Shown here one piece after another: positions 13,856-27,605 of a stretch of DNA of 64,000 nt. The translations under genes and the position numbers were made by a program. Under the pieces are notes generated by a model. It saw only the letters and a list, made by a program, of their open reading frames with translations. It did not search any database and was not told the DNA's origin. Source of the stretch: Octopus vulgaris. Taxonomy: Eukaryota. How positions within the stretch are numbered: the stretch's first letter is position 1; every line of letters begins with the position of its first letter. The stretch is taken from positions 65,100,001 through 65,164,000 of the forward strand of contig OX597823.1 in NCBI GenBank assembly GCA_951406725.2, in the 5' to 3' direction.

Positions 13856-14658
13856 TCAGTAGTTTTAGTTTTATAACGTGCGTTCACTTCCCTACCGAGC
13901 GCAGCTCTGTGTGCCTTGGACATGTGCCGTGGTTTGCTGTGATGGTCTTATAGTTACTGTATTGAAAGTGTTTTGCGTAGGAAGTGTGTAGTGCCCAGTA
14001 GTGCAATTTGCTGTATGTTTTATATATTTGTAAGTCCTGGTGTTTTTGTTATGTATTTATCTGAATATTCTTTTATCATACCTAATGCACCCACTATGAT
14101 AGGAATTGTTTCTGTTTTCAGGTTCCACATTCTAGTTACCTCTATTTCCAGGTCTTTGTATTTTGAAAGGTTCTCCATTTCTTTTAGAGAAACGTTGTCA
14201 TCTGCTGCTATTGATACATCAATTAGAAAGCATTTTTTTCTTCATGATCTCTGACAACTATATCTGGCCTATTGGCCTTAATTTCTCTGTGTGTATTGGC
14301 ATATCCCAGAGTTAGGTTGTCTTCTCGTTTTCTGTGACCTTTTCTGGCGTATGCTTATACTATCGTTTTTCTGTTGTTATTCTATAGAGTTGGCATAGCT
14401 TCCAATATATGTAGGTCCAAGTCTGTCGTGTCTGTGAATATATTTCTTCTTAGCCAGGACTGGATAGCCAGAGATAATGTGATTTATTGTATATTGTCCG
14501 TCTCCACATATTCTGCAGTTACCTGTTATGTTTCTTTACATTACATGTTTTTGGTAATTTCTGGTGGGGAGGCTTTGGTCTAGTGTTACAATTAAAAATC
14601 CTTCAGTCTCTGCTTTGAGTCCAGAGCTTCTCAACCATTGCTGGGATTTTTCTCTGTC

Positions 14659-14659
<1 letters not shown>
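13856..14659 (-). mobile_element. 5'-truncated Dong/R4-type RLE LINE (CCHC knuckle plus restriction-like endonuclease) inserted in (AAT)n
   Basis: Minus strand WLRSSGLKAETEGF..CRICGDG..HIISG..RHD..KANRPDIVVRD..LIDVS..KYKDLEIE..PIIVGALG..ALLGT; (ATT)n on both flanks. Confidence 0.9.
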
Positions 14660-14717
<58 letters not shown>

Positions 14718-14796
14718 GTAGTAGTAGTAGTAGTAGTAGTACCAGTACCAGTTGTCTATTAAAGTAATCAAACGATTAAATATTGAAAACATTTCC

Positions 14797-15079
14797 TAAT
14801 CGAATGGGTAATTAACTCTTTGATTAGCTATTCGACCAATTAATCAGTCAAGCAGTTAATTGTCAGTCATTCATGGCCTAATCACCATTCATGGCCTCAT
14901 CAATGGCATACCCTCCTTACTCCAATCCTGTCAAGTGACAAAACTGGAATGACAAGGGTACATCAGTGATGAGCTCACAAAGGGTGACGAATGGACTCTA
15001 ACAAACCAATTCTTTCATTTCTTGACTGATTGAGTGATCGAACGGTTAATCAAACGATAAATTAGTTAATTAATTCAAT
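14797..15079. repeat. Degenerate inverted repeat, possible old MITE
   Basis: ttcgaccaattaatcagtcaag versus cttgactgattgagtgatcgaa, and tttgattagc versus gttaatcaaa; no TSD identified. Confidence 0.4.
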
Positions 15080-15325
15080 GCTTAATTAATTATCTAGTTG
15101 ATAAATGACAATATTTTCTAATTTTGACACAAGGATAGAAATATAAGGGTCGGAAGCAAGTCAACAACGCCGACCTCAGTACTTGATTGGAATTTTGTAT
15201 TACCAAGCCCGAAAGGATGAAAGACAAAGTTGATGCCAGCGGGATTTGAGTCTGCCACGTTAAGGACCGGAGGAAATTTCACTAAACATTTTTTCTGGGG
15301 CACTAATGATGTTGCCTGCTCGACA

Positions 15326-15380
<55 letters not shown>

Positions 15381-16413
15381 GTGAGTTTATGCATAATACC
15401 CAGTTTGAAGCGTATGATGGAAGTGAGGCAACTGCAAAAATGTGTTTGAACAATTGTCTGACAGGTGGGAACAAAAACCTCTGTAACAAACTAACTGATG
15501 TACAGCAGAAACACATCCATCAGTGGCTACGGAGCTCAGGGTTAAAGTTAGAGAGTGAAGGGTTTATCTTGGCTGCTCAGGATGAGAGCTTATTGACCCG
15601 GAACTATCAAGCCAATGTGATGAAAATTTGGTGTATACCCAAAGTGCCGATAATGCAACGATGGGATTGAAACAGTGAATCACCTAATCTCTAGGTGTAA
15701 GGATTTAGTACCTATTTATTTACTACACACAGAGGGGACAAACAAGGACAGACAAACGGATTAAGTCGATTATATCGACTCCAGTGCGTAACTGGCACTT
15801 ATTTAATCGACCCCGAAAGGATGAAAAGCAAAGTCGACCTCGGTGGAATTTGAACTCAGAACGTAGCGGCAGACGAAATACCGCTAAGCATTTCGCCCGG
15901 CGTGCTAACGATTCTGCCTGCACGCCACTGTAGAGTACAAATCAAGACATGAAAGAGTTGGCCAATATTCACTTTGGATAATGTGTCGGCATTATAAAAT
16001 CAAAACTGCTGACAAATGGAAAAAGCACCTCCCCGATGCTGTAACTGAGGTAGAAAATGTTATGATTCTTGGGGATTTCCCAGTATGTCCAGACCGGACC
16101 ATCAAAGCAAATAAACCATATATTATTGTGAAAGACCAAAACAATAAAGTCTGCTTATTGATTGACATGATCTTAATATCTCGGCAAAAGAATTTGATAA
16201 GCTCAGAAAATATAAAGATTGGCAGATCGAAATCGAAAATATGTAGCGTCTCAAGACGGTTACAATACTAATGATTGTAAGAGCACTTGGAATGATCAGA
16301 TAAGGAACTGAAAATTATTTAAGAATGATCCCTGGTTTACCATCCATACAGGAAGTGCAAAAGATTGTCTTAACCGATACATCTCACGTACTGAAAAGAG
16401 CATTGTTGCTGTG
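15381..16413 (+). mobile_element. Second Dong/R4-type RLE LINE 3' fragment, interrupted by a SINE B copy (15713-15928, -)
   Basis: HQWLRSSGLKLESEGFILAAQDESLLTRNY..ETVNHLIS..RHERV..KANKPYIIVKD..CLLIDM; begins immediately after (AAT)n at 15327-15380. Confidence 0.88.
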
Positions 16414-16680
16414 AATTTTCTTTCTTTTCCGCTTTGTTTTCTTCGTTTACTTTTATATTTTTTCATTTTTTATTTTTCTCTGTCTTTCTTCCCTCCTTTT
16501 CTCTGTCACATAACTTTGTAAATGAACAATCTGGTGTGTTTTTTTTAATGGCCTACCAATGTATACAGTGCGTTTCATTACATTAGATGTCACGAAGACA
16601 CTTGGCAAGACTTGGAAACAAAATTGAAAGACGGTAATGAATATAGCAACAACAACAACAATAATAATAATAATAATAAT

Positions 16681-17530
16681 TGTGATACAACTTCCCGTAT
16701 GTAATAGCATTCTGACACTAGTGTTTTCAATTCTTACATCCATTAATTTTCTGTTTATTGTAGTCACAACTTTTCTTGCTGGCAAACTACTTATTTTTCT
16801 TCTTGTTTGTTCTATTCCCTTGTCATTTTAGTTTTGCAGTGTGATTTTATTTGTCCTGTAAAACCACAGCGAAAACACGTTTTCTTATACGGATAGTATT
16901 TTGGAAGGTGCATCCCACCACATGCCATACATGGGTCTACATCCCAATATTTTTTTCTGCTTTTCCTGCAACACTTTATTTGTTTTCCTACTTTTATTCA
17001 CTGGTCTTATATGGAAACTCTCTGCTGAATTTCTTCCGTTTCATGCTTTAATTCTAATATCCTGTCACATTCTTCTGATAGTTTCTGCAATGCCAAATCC
17101 TGGTACATTTCCAGTTTAGATAGAATTTTAGTTCGGATTTCTGCATCCCTCTTATCTGTCAATCCTTGTGCAAAAATCAAACACTTGAAAGAATCTGGAG
17201 TAAGCATATCTAGCCTAAATCTCTCACATTCTTTGTTGACTGTGCCTGTGTAAGTAGTGAAGTCTTCATCTTCGCTTCTTTCTATGTTTAAACATTTTCA
17301 TCTAATATTAAAAGCGACCCCTTTTTACTACACATTTTGCACAAAATGTCAACTGTGTCGGTGAAATTTATGTCAAACGCTTTTTTTTTTTTTTGGCAAC
17401 ATGAAGTTACTATATTTTTCATGCTTTGCTGTCCATAGTTTTCTTAAAACTAGACGCATCTTCATATCATCCGTCCAATCCTGGCATTCTTTTGCAAAAA
17501 TTTGTTAAATCTTCGGAAATAAGCCTCGAA
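16681..17530 (-). mobile_element. Ty3/gypsy (Mag-like) gag-protease remnant
   Basis: EDFTTYTGTVNKECERFRL..FKCLIFAQGL..DAEIRTKILSKLE, decayed knuckle CMACGGMH, and VRMLLHTGSCITII (decayed DTGS aspartic protease motif). Confidence 0.75.
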
Positions 17531-17940
17531 AGTTACATGGTCAGAATGATAGCAAAAGGGGCTGATTGTTACCTTGCACAGATACCAGAAAATCCCAAAA
17601 TGGAAGAAATTTAAAAGAAATAGTACTCGCGGGAACTGCGAGTAATCTCCCCAAAATTTTAATCCATAAACAGTGTCAAAATACTTTTAACTGTACATAA
17701 CAACAAATACCTTATGATCACTATCATCTTATCAAATTACTTTTAAAACTAACTTTTAATTTTCTCGTGGTTTGACAGACATTCTCTTGAACAATTCTCT
17801 GTACAAAAGCAAAAATATGGCACCCTAGTCATAACATCGACTTGAACATCTAACTTTTTGTCCCTTGAGATCTCTGAGTGAGACTCAGAGTCAACTTGTA
17901 CAAATACCAAGCAGAACCCAAACATATGATAATAATAATG

Positions 17941-20430
17941 TGAGCAAACCCGTAGTCGAAAATGGTGTTCATCTTAGGGGACACCGAACAAGCATGTATG
18001 ATCAATGGAGAGAAAGATGATTGTTTCAACTCACGGAACAGAGATTATGTGATCAAGCTAGAGCAATAAGAAAAAATTGAAGCTATTAGAAGACGGATAT
18101 TGGAAAACAGCAGCAGAGAAAACGATGAAAATAAGTTCCTACTGATAAAAGTAATCTCATAGCAGAAAACAGAGGTGAAATATCTAATAAACCATAGAAA
18201 AGGAACAGTGATAGCTTGTTCTATGAGAGATATATTGATGGTTTGGAAGAAGGCAATAAAACTAATGGCGACATGACAGATAGGCAAAAGGCAATCAACG
18301 ACAGAATAAAGGCAAGGCTACAGGAGAACGATAGCGACATTATTTGCAACCTTAAAAAAGGTTGATGGGTGAAAATTGAACCAAGAAACGAAAAATGTGA
18401 ATGAAATTCTGAAATAGATCAGAACAAAAACACAGAAACAATTAATTTGATCAAGGTAGCAAGTATTGTTGCAGCAGAAAATGTGGGTGTTGATGTCAAG
18501 ACAAAAAATATAATGGGAGTGACAAAAGAAAAAATCCATGGTGGAAAAGAAAAACACAGGTGGGGTTAGATATGCTCTTGAAGGCAATTTCTGTGTAAGA
18601 CCGAAAAGGGAACAAAAAATACAGGTCACTGAACAGGAAATATGATATTGAAGGAAAGGGCCTGAAAGAGGTAATGGAGGATCTGAAACAGCACCTCGTT
18701 GCAAAGAAAACAAACATGGTCAGATACGATCAAAGAATGACGGGTTACCATCAGAATAGGTTATTCACAGTAGATCAGAAGAGATTCTACAAAGAAATAA
18801 ATGGAGAGTGTACAGATGAAAAGTTGATACCAGATAACATTGAAAGTCAAAGATTTTTTGAGTGACAGCTGTAGCGAAGACAAGGAGCACAAGAATGATG
18901 CTGAATGGCCGAAAGAAATGAAACACAAAGTAGTCTGTCCAAAACAGGCAGAACCAGTAATTTCAGTTAGGGAAGTTGAAGAAATCATCATAAAAAAAAA
19001 GAATGTCCCCGGGATCAGATGGAGTTCAAGGCTAGGGATCAAAAGATTTGGTGAATATCATGGTCAATATCAAACGATTTGGTGATTATCATGAACAAAT
19101 AGCTGCACAACTGAACACCTTGTTAAATGCTGACCAAGTAATACCAGATGTGGTTGACTATGGGTAGGACAGTCCTGTGCTTCAAAAACATCAAAAAAGG
19201 CAAGACGGTAGACAATAAGATCCTTGAAAGAAGGAGAGAGTTATAAGTATCTAGGAGTATTAGAATCTGACAGAGTACTAACTATAGTGATGAAAACGAA
19301 AATTGAGAAGGGGTACAATAGAGGGGTAAGAAAGCTAATGAAGTCAAAACCAAATGGCCCAAATCTAGTGAAGACTGTAAATACTTGGGCAGTATCATTA
19401 CTTAGATACTCTGCAGCTTTTGTAGATTGAGCAGAAACTGAATTAGCAAAGCTTGACAGAAGAACTAGGAAGGAATTCAATATGAATAGAGGACTCCACC
19501 TATGTGCAGATGTACCAAGATTATACTTATTTAGAAAGGAAGGAGGAAGAAGTTTACTATCAGGAGAAGGACTGCGTGGAATTAGCTAGAGTAGATATAG
19601 ACTCCTATGTAGGAATAATGGAGAAAGTTTACTGAGAGCTGCTAGCGTTACAACAAAACAAAGGGAAAGCAAAAAAGAAAAAGGAATTTAAAAACCAGGA
19701 GAAAGAACAAAATTTATCTAACTGACAGTAAAAGGAATTACGTGGTAGATTCTCAAAGATAGTTGCAGAAAATAGTAGATAGGGTTATACTCATAATAAT
19801 AATCCTTTCTACTATAGGTAGAAGGTCTGAAATTTTGGGGGAGATGGGTCGTCGATTATATCTGCTCCAGTACTCACCTGGTACTTATTTTATCGACCCC
19901 GTGAAAGGAACCCTAAAAAAAACAAACAAACCGAGAGAATTACACTGGCAGCGCAGGACCAAGTACTGGCCACAAACCGGAGGGTCAACGAACTGAAGAA
20001 TGAGCAAGGGTTTCCGCTGTGCCGCATCTGCAATAGAGCGGATGAAACCATTGTCCGTATCACGAACGAATGCCCTAGACTTGCTCCAATCCACTACAAG
20101 TTGTGGCGACACGACCAGGTAGCGAAAGTACTATATTGGAAACTGTGCGAGAAGTAGGGGCAAGACGTGGTATGAGCACAAACTGCAGAGAGTGGCAGGG
20201 TCGGGGTGGAATCAAGAAGAATATAAAGGAAATTGGAATAGAGTGCCCAGTTGAACTGTTACAAAAAGTTTGCCTCCTTGGCACGGCCAGAATATTCAGG
20301 AAAGTATTAGATAACTGTAAATAAAAAAAAATAAAAAACGAATAGCATGATACCGTAGGCTGCAGGTAGTAGGCCAGCTATGCATGCAAGGCTCCAGGAC
20401 TTCCAACAAAATCTGTGATAAAGAGAAAAT
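17941..20430 (+). mobile_element. Long decayed Dong/R4-type RLE LINE with RT core deleted; SINE B fragment at about 19800-19905
   Basis: RYDQR..QNRLFTVDQKRFYKEING; WLTMGRTVL; ESYKYLGVLE..NLVKTVNTWAVSLLRYSA; RHDQVAKVLYWKLC; LQKVCLLGTARIFRKVL; preceded and followed by AAT-rich repeats. Confidence 0.85.
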
Positions 20431-20457
20431 AATATCAACAATTATAATAATAATAAT

Positions 20458-20670
20458 GGTTTCAAATTTTTGTCGCAAGGGCAGCAGTTTTGGAGGAGAG
20501 GATGAGTCAATTACATCAACCCCAGTGTTCAACTGGTACTTATTTTATCAACCCCGAAAGGATGAAACGTAAAGTCAACCTCGGTGGAATTTGAACTCAG
20601 AACACAGAGATGGGCGAAATACCGCTAAACATTTCGTCCAGCGCGCTAGCGTTTTTGCCAGCTCGCCGCC

Positions 20671-20672
<2 letters not shown>
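20458..20672 (-). mobile_element. Full-length SINE B (tail type ...aaatttgaaacc) inside (AAT)n
   Basis: ggtttcaaatttt...ctcgccgcctt flanked by (AAT)n on both sides. Further B copies at about 6715-6925, 13425-13825, 15120-15320, 21690-21872, 34650-34830, 38063-38262, 61645-61830, 63950-64000. Confidence 0.85.
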
Positions 20673-20744
<72 letters not shown>

Positions 20745-23250
20745 TATGAATCAAATTCAGTGCGTGTGTTACTATTAGCAAAAACAGCTGTCTCGAGATA
20801 GAATATCATTTGTTTCGAGACAAAAAATTTGATATTATCAATCGTGCAAACAGACTCATACAAATGATATGTATAAACATTTATCTAAAACTACAATACA
20901 CTTATAACTCTAATACGGCACCTAAGTTGCAGGATTATTTATGCCATTAAAATTAAAGCACACCAACCTAAAAGGGTTCGCATCCGTTTTTCATCAGTAG
21001 TGACATTTACAGCAGTTTACTCCATTTAATAGAAGTTAGATTTAATCGCAGCTGTTACAATGAACATTGACATTAGATTTAAATAAATCCATCAAGTGAA
21101 TTCTTCGTAATCCTTTGATCTGCTCGAAAGCTTAATATCTTTAAACTGAGAATCACAGGTTACAGGCCATGAAAATATAAGGATTATGTTGCCAGTATAA
21201 GAACGGACTTTCCATCTAATTCAAGTATCTTAGTAAGTGCGTTGCCGTTGTTTAGCCACAGGTCAGTTTTTGGTGAGAAAACCTATGAACGATGGTTCGG
21301 GTATACCCATTCAATCTTACGGATATGTAGGACGACATTACCCAGTATGTCCTTTATTGTTATAATAATGTAAGATCGACTAATGATTATATTAATGAAC
21401 GAAAAATATTGCAATAATTCGAAAACGAAATTGAAAGGGTAAGCTGTAATTGCGGTTGTCGACGATGTAAGTGAATAAGCCAGAACACCGAACAAGCATC
21501 AAGCAGTGGACGAAGAATAAATCTATAAAATGAGTCAACGAATAAAATATTTCACCTGATAGAGACAGTAAAGTGTCACACGATTGAATGAATAGGCATA
21601 AGCTGAAAGACAAAAAAATGTCGGAGTACGAAAACGTCACATGACTGAATCGTGTCACGTGATTGGATGAATAAAAAGAGACAAACTTTTCTTTCTACTA
21701 AAGGCACAGGGTACTAGTCGATTACATCAACCCGTGTTTCGCTGGTACGTAATATATCGACCCCGAAAATATGAAAGGCAAAGTCGACCTTGGTGGAATT
21801 TGAACTCAGAATATAAAGACTGACGAAATGCTGCTAAGGATTTTGTCCATCGTGTTAACGGTTCTGCCAGGTCACTCTTAATAAACAATGTTTGTGGTGA
21901 GCCACCTGAGGTTGTCTATATTATATCCATTTAAGACAATAGACATAATTTGAGGGAATTTGGTTCCTATCTTTAGCAAGTTGTCCGCAGAGGTAGAGAC
22001 CACTTGTGAATGGAAATGTTGGTTCTGTGAGCGCTCCATAAGAGATCAGTTTGTTTTGTTAATCTCTATGGTGAAGAGGAGATTACTAAGGCTATTTTCG
22101 TCACCGTTACCACCTGCCTTCACTGAGAATGGTGCTCCTATATATCACTCCACATACAAGAGATAATCACTAAATTCCGTTTAATATGGCACTGCTGCAT
22201 CAAAATAGGAAGAGCATATTCGACATTGTTATCTGAAATATATCAAAATATGGCATGGTCTGTGTAGGAATGATCTGGACCATAGGTCTCCTTAATTAGG
22301 GCTTATCTAGAACCAAACAGGAACAAAAGCAACAATACGGGAAGCAATGATTTGATGCGGGAAACCCCTATGTCGTCAGACCATATGCTAGAAATTACAG
22401 CCCAGTCTATCTCATACTATGTGCTGCAGTCTTAAATATAAAATAAGAGATAGTAGAGTCCCAGGTGCAACAAGTGTGAATGACTTTGAATTAAACCATC
22501 GTCATCATCATCATCATCGTCATCATCCTCATCACCACCACCGTCAGTATCTCTCTTACCGTCAGCATCTCTCACCTGCTCCCCCTACCATTACTGTCGC
22601 GACCGCCACAACTATCACGAGCAGCTGCAAAAACAGCAGCAGCAGCAGCAGCTGAAATAGCATCATCACCAATGACAATAATGACAACACCACAATCAAC
22701 AAGAACGCTGACGTCATCTTTGTTGTTGTCGTCACTATCAAATACGTGAATCATCTTCGTCGTAGTCGCCATCCTTGTCGTTGTCGTCGTCGTCGTCGTC
22801 GTCTTCGTCGCCATCCTAATCATCTTCATCACTATCAAGTTATCAAACACTACACTATAACTCGACTTCTATCAATAGCCGTCATCAATAGAGTGTTTGC
22901 AGCAGCAATAAGAATTAAATGTAATAAGATACAGAAGATGATGCTGTGATAATGTAGATAACTAAAATATTTTAACTAAGCAAAATTACACCTTAATCAG
23001 AGAGGAAAAAAATATGGATTATCCAAAGATTAATTATTGAAGTTTAGTAAAAAAAAAAAAAAATCTCGAATTTTTAATTAATAATCATAAAGATGTAATG
23101 CAATACAGAGTGAGGCTGATATTTGGTACCACGCTGTCAACTCAACAGTTGTAAGAGCACTCGGAGAACTAACAACGTATTTCAACCTTATTAGACCTTC
23201 TCAGCGAAGGATAATCTACCAGGTTGTTATTACTGATGTGTTAGTTGTTA

Positions 23251-23470
23251 TTGTTGTTGCTTAGCCCCATGCCAACCTTCATCGAAAAGATCTACGCGTT
23301 CCAACCATTACCATCCCGTCTATTATTGTTTCTTTTTTCTCACGTATAGTCCAGGGGAGGTTATATTAACCAGTGAAATCTTATTTTTCTTTTATTTTTA
23401 TTACAGCGGGATGTGATTCGAGTAAGATATGATTGCTATTTTTAGCTGACGCGAAGACCACATAAAGACT
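23251..23470 (+). repeat. Representative of an old dispersed repeat of about 200 bp (tttagcccc..gaccatcc..gtgatttgag..tggctgctatttctagc)
   Basis: The motif recurs at about 1850, 2020, 2370, 3900, 21960, 40430, 40625, 57940, 58555, and reverse-complemented near 22390, 35940, 44905. Confidence 0.6.
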
Positions 23471-23936
23471 TTCTGAAATAGTCTTGATAGTTATAATAGT
23501 TTTGTACATAACCAATATCAGTAAACGGTGTGATTAATATTCTCTGTGTACAATTAAAAGAAACCACTGAGGTGGTATGATTAATGACCTTTGAAGTTTA
23601 AGATGTTAAGTATTGAAAGAGATTCAATGATGTTAAAACATAAGTCTTAGTTGTGATCTGTGATGTCGATAACGGTGATAAATTGTGCTTCTGGTTCTAC
23701 GCATTGAAGTGATCGCAGTAATGGACTAATGGCTTAGACCCTTACCAGCAAAATGGTCTCAGACACTGCGTCAGTGGTAACCATTAGATTTCTGCTGTAG
23801 AAGATTGCAATTCCATAATATATGTGCATACATATATACATATATTCATACACACACATACATACATACACACGCGCGCATACATACATATTTATATATA
23901 TATATTTATATATATATGTGTGTGCATAAATACGTA

Positions 23937-24430
23937 TAGGCGCAGGTGTGGCTAAATGGTAAGAAGTTTGATTCTCAAACACATAGTTCCGTGTTCAGAC
24001 CCACTGCGTGGTACCTTGAGCAGATGTCTTCTGCTATAGCCCCGGACTGACCAGAGACATGTGGGTGGATTTCGTAGATAGAAATTGAAAGAAGTCTGTC
24101 GTATACACACACACAGACACACACACGCACGCACACACGCACACAGACAGGCACATACTCATACACATCCGCACACACACGCACACACACACACACTCAC
24201 ACGTGTGTTGGTGTTTTTATGTCTGTGTTTGTTCCTCACGGCTGCTTGGCAACCGGTGTTGGTGTGTTTACGTCTAACAACCTAACGGTTTGGCGAAAGA
24301 CACCGACAGAACGAGAACCTGTTTCAAGAAATTAGTCCTGGACTTGATATGTTCGACTAAAATTCTTCAAGTCTGTACTTTTAGCATGGTCGTAGTTTAG
24401 TGTCTGAAAGAAATCAACGGTAAAGAGACA
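23937..24430 (+). mobile_element. SINE family A copy (diverged)
   Basis: ataggcgcaggtgtggct head, internal (CA)n, ttcgactaaa..gcatggtcgtag tail. Confidence 0.8.
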
Positions 24431-24871
24431 GTTAGGTAGACAGACAGACAGACAGACAGACAGATATATAGATGGGTAGGTAGGTAGGTAGGTAGGTAGG
24501 TAGGTAGGGAGGGAGGTAAGTAAATAGACAGGTATTTAGGTAACTATATATATATATAGAGAGAGATATGTTTTAGCAGATGCTAAAGGGAGACGGCACT
24601 CCCAGTGGCCTTAGAGTACGCCGGACACCAATTCGATATTTCTGAGGACCCGTACGTATGTATGCACATTCATTCATGCATACAATCTACAAGTGGAAAC
24701 GTAAAAGCGTGCACGACTTTTCTCAAGTTCAAAATGTAAACCTGACTGTATGTACGTTCAAGCGGTAGAATTTTGTATCATTGTTAGAAACACATACTTT
24801 CTTACAAGCAGATTTTCAATTATTAAAAAATAAACGAGAGCACACACACACGCACACAAACACACACACAC

Positions 24872-24922
<51 letters not shown>

Positions 24923-25072
24923 CACACACACAATATATGTATATAGATACATGCGTGTATACATATATATATGTATATAAATATATGTGTATATATATAT
25001 AATGTATATATATATATATACATATATTTATGTATGTATGTATATGTATATATATATTTATATATATATATA

Positions 25073-25298
25073 GTCTGAATTTTATTGTGTTAATTATCCA
25101 TCACGGCTGGTCTTACCAATCAGTTTCGCATGAAATTATGTAATGGAGTGTTAGGCAAATAACCAGTTAAATAATGCACGCTCGTCAGAGCGTACATTAT
25201 ATAACTGGTTTGTTGCCTAACACTCCATTACATAATTTCACGCGAAAACGATTGGTAAGACCAGCTGTGATGGATAATTAACACTATAAAATTCAAAC
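25073..25298. repeat. 226-bp palindrome (111-bp arms, GTCA spacer) made of PLE pLTR-like sequence
   Basis: Arms align ungapped with about 10 mismatches; the left end abuts (TA)n. Confidence 0.95.
25110..25191 (-). ncRNA. Minimal type I hammerhead ribozyme motif (PLE type), stem I truncated
   Basis: Minus strand ct-CTGACGA-gcgtg...catgc-GAAA-C-tgattg-G-TA-ag. Confidence 0.55.
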
Positions 25299-25774
25299 AA
25301 TATACCCACTCTACTAACAGTTATACGAGTGCGTTTCCCTGACTTATGATCTCCTAGACGACTGAAAGAGTTTCAGTGATGCAAAAATATTCTCTATTTC
25401 CATTGCATGTGTCTAAGTCTGTATGTGTCTCGAGTCATGATAGAAAGTAAAATGTACAATGCATTGTGAAGGAATGGGTGACCGTGTGGTTCCACAATGA
25501 AATTCTTAACACTGCAGCCATGGTTGCTCTCATGTTTACTGTGTTTCTGTATGGGATTAATAATTGTATTCGGAAAAGTTTGTTTATTTTAACGTTTGTT
25601 TTTCCTAATCTTGATATCATTAGTTTCTGGATAATATCGATTTCTGCAATGAAGTTATTGTTGTCGCTGTATGCCCGTCAGTGTTCAAAAGATTGCTAGA
25701 TGAATACGTTATTTTTTTTATCCTTGTTCTGTCTCCGGACACGGCTAGCCTTAATGATTATATAATTTTCACTA

Positions 25775-25822
<48 letters not shown>

Positions 25823-25919
25823 GAACGTCCTGTCTTTGTTCCTTTCCTTTTGTTCTTTTCATCCTGTCTACTCTTTCTTTCATTGTCTATATGTTTCTCT
25901 TTGTTCGTATATATATATA

Positions 25920-26326
25920 GGCGCAGGAGTGGCTGTGTAGTAAGTAGCTTGTTTACCAACCACATGGTTCCGGGTTCAGTCCCACTGCATGGCACCTTGG
26001 ACAAGTGTCTTCTACTATAGCCTCGGGCCGACCAAAGCCTTGTGAGTGGATTTAGTAGACGGAAACTGAAAGAAGCCCGTCGTATATATGTACATATATA
26101 TATGCGTGCGTGTGTTTGTGTGTCTGTGTTTGTCCCCATAGCATTGCTTGACAACCGATGCTGGTGTGTTTATGTCCCCGTTACTTAGCGGTTCGGCAAA
26201 AGTGACCGATAGAATAAGTACTGGGCTTACAAAGGAATAAGTCCCGGGGTCGATTTGCTCGATTAAAAGGCGGTGCTCCAGCATGGCCGCAGTCAAATGA
26301 CTGAAACAAGTAAAAGAGTAAAGAGT

Positions 26327-26328
<2 letters not shown>
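25920..26328 (+). mobile_element. Full-length young SINE family A (tRNA head, CORE-like ccttgg..aagtg block, internal TA/TG microsatellite, taaaagag-type tail)
   Basis: A-box-like tggctgtgtagt, B-box-like gggttcagtccc; many homologous copies in the window; inserted in (TA)n. Confidence 0.9.
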
Positions 26329-26363
<35 letters not shown>

Positions 26364-26573
26364 AATATATTTTTACACACATACGCACAGAAGCGTATGC
26401 GCACGCACACACATATATAATGTCTAACTAGGGGTGGTTGGATTGTACAACCACGTTTTATTGTATAATTCCACACCTTTTTGATCTTCATTTTACTGAC
26501 AGGAAATTACTGAAATATATCAATGTAACAGATACATAAAATTTATTACATCGCATGTCTGTATGTGTGTGTG

Positions 26574-26625
<52 letters not shown>

Positions 26626-26666
26626 CACATATATATATACATATACATATATATATATATATATAT

Positions 26667-26742
<76 letters not shown>

Positions 26743-27012
26743 TATATTGAGGGTACTACTATTCGTAGATACCAACACGCTAAGAGGGACCAATGCGGTC
26801 AAAACTACTAAAAATAAACAAAATTTTACCGAATGCAAAACTTCAAAACACATCATTTTAAAAAAGAATTCAGTTACATATCACATGTGATTTCGCATTT
26901 AATGCAGAATATGCATTTCATGTTCGTCAGTGCAACAGACTCAAGAAATATAAGAAAAAACATAACATTACAAACTCAATAGCCAACCGTAGAATTCGTC
27001 GTAGCTTGTACG

Positions 27013-27069
<57 letters not shown>

Positions 27070-27073
<4 letters not shown>

Positions 27074-27605
27074 CTCTAGGCACAAGGCCTGAAATATTTG
27101 GGGAGGGGCCAGTTGATTAGATCGACCGCAATATTGACACCGAATGGATGAACGGCTAAGTTGACCTCGGCGGAATTTGAACGTAAAGACAGACGAAACA
27201 CCGCTAAACTTTTCGCTCGGCGTGCTAAAGTTGCTTATTTCTTTATTACCCACAAGGGGCTAAACATAGAAGGGAAATCAAGGACAGACACATGGATTAA
27301 GTCGATTACATCGACCCCAGTGCTTAACTGGTACTTAATTTATCAACCCCGAAAGGATGAGAGGCAAAGTCGACCTCGGCGGAATTTGAACTCAGAACGT
27401 AAAGACAGACGAAATACCTATTTCTATTTCTTTACTACCCACAAGGTGCTAAACACAGAGAGGACAAACAAGGACAGACAAACGGATTAAGTCGATTATA
27501 TCGACCCCAGTGATTAACTGGTACTTATTTAATCGACCCCAAAAGTATGAAAGGCAAAGTCGACCTCGGCAGAATTTGAACTCAGAACGTAGCGGCAGGC
27601 GAAAT
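27070..27605 (-). mobile_element. SINE family B trimer
   Basis: Three successive gacctcggc.gaatttgaac blocks; junction GAAATACC|TATTTC at 27418/27419. Confidence 0.85.

Noticed and set aside
22419-22949. His/Ser/Thr-rich ORFs (also 34313-34549)
   Set aside because: Mixed trinucleotide repeats (CAT, CAG, CGT); no splice or homology support.
23109-23222. Open 114-nt ag..gt segment as the upstream CFAP65 exon
   Set aside because: Poor polypyrimidine tract, weak donor (gttgtt), and the peptide does not resemble the expected CFAP65 segment.
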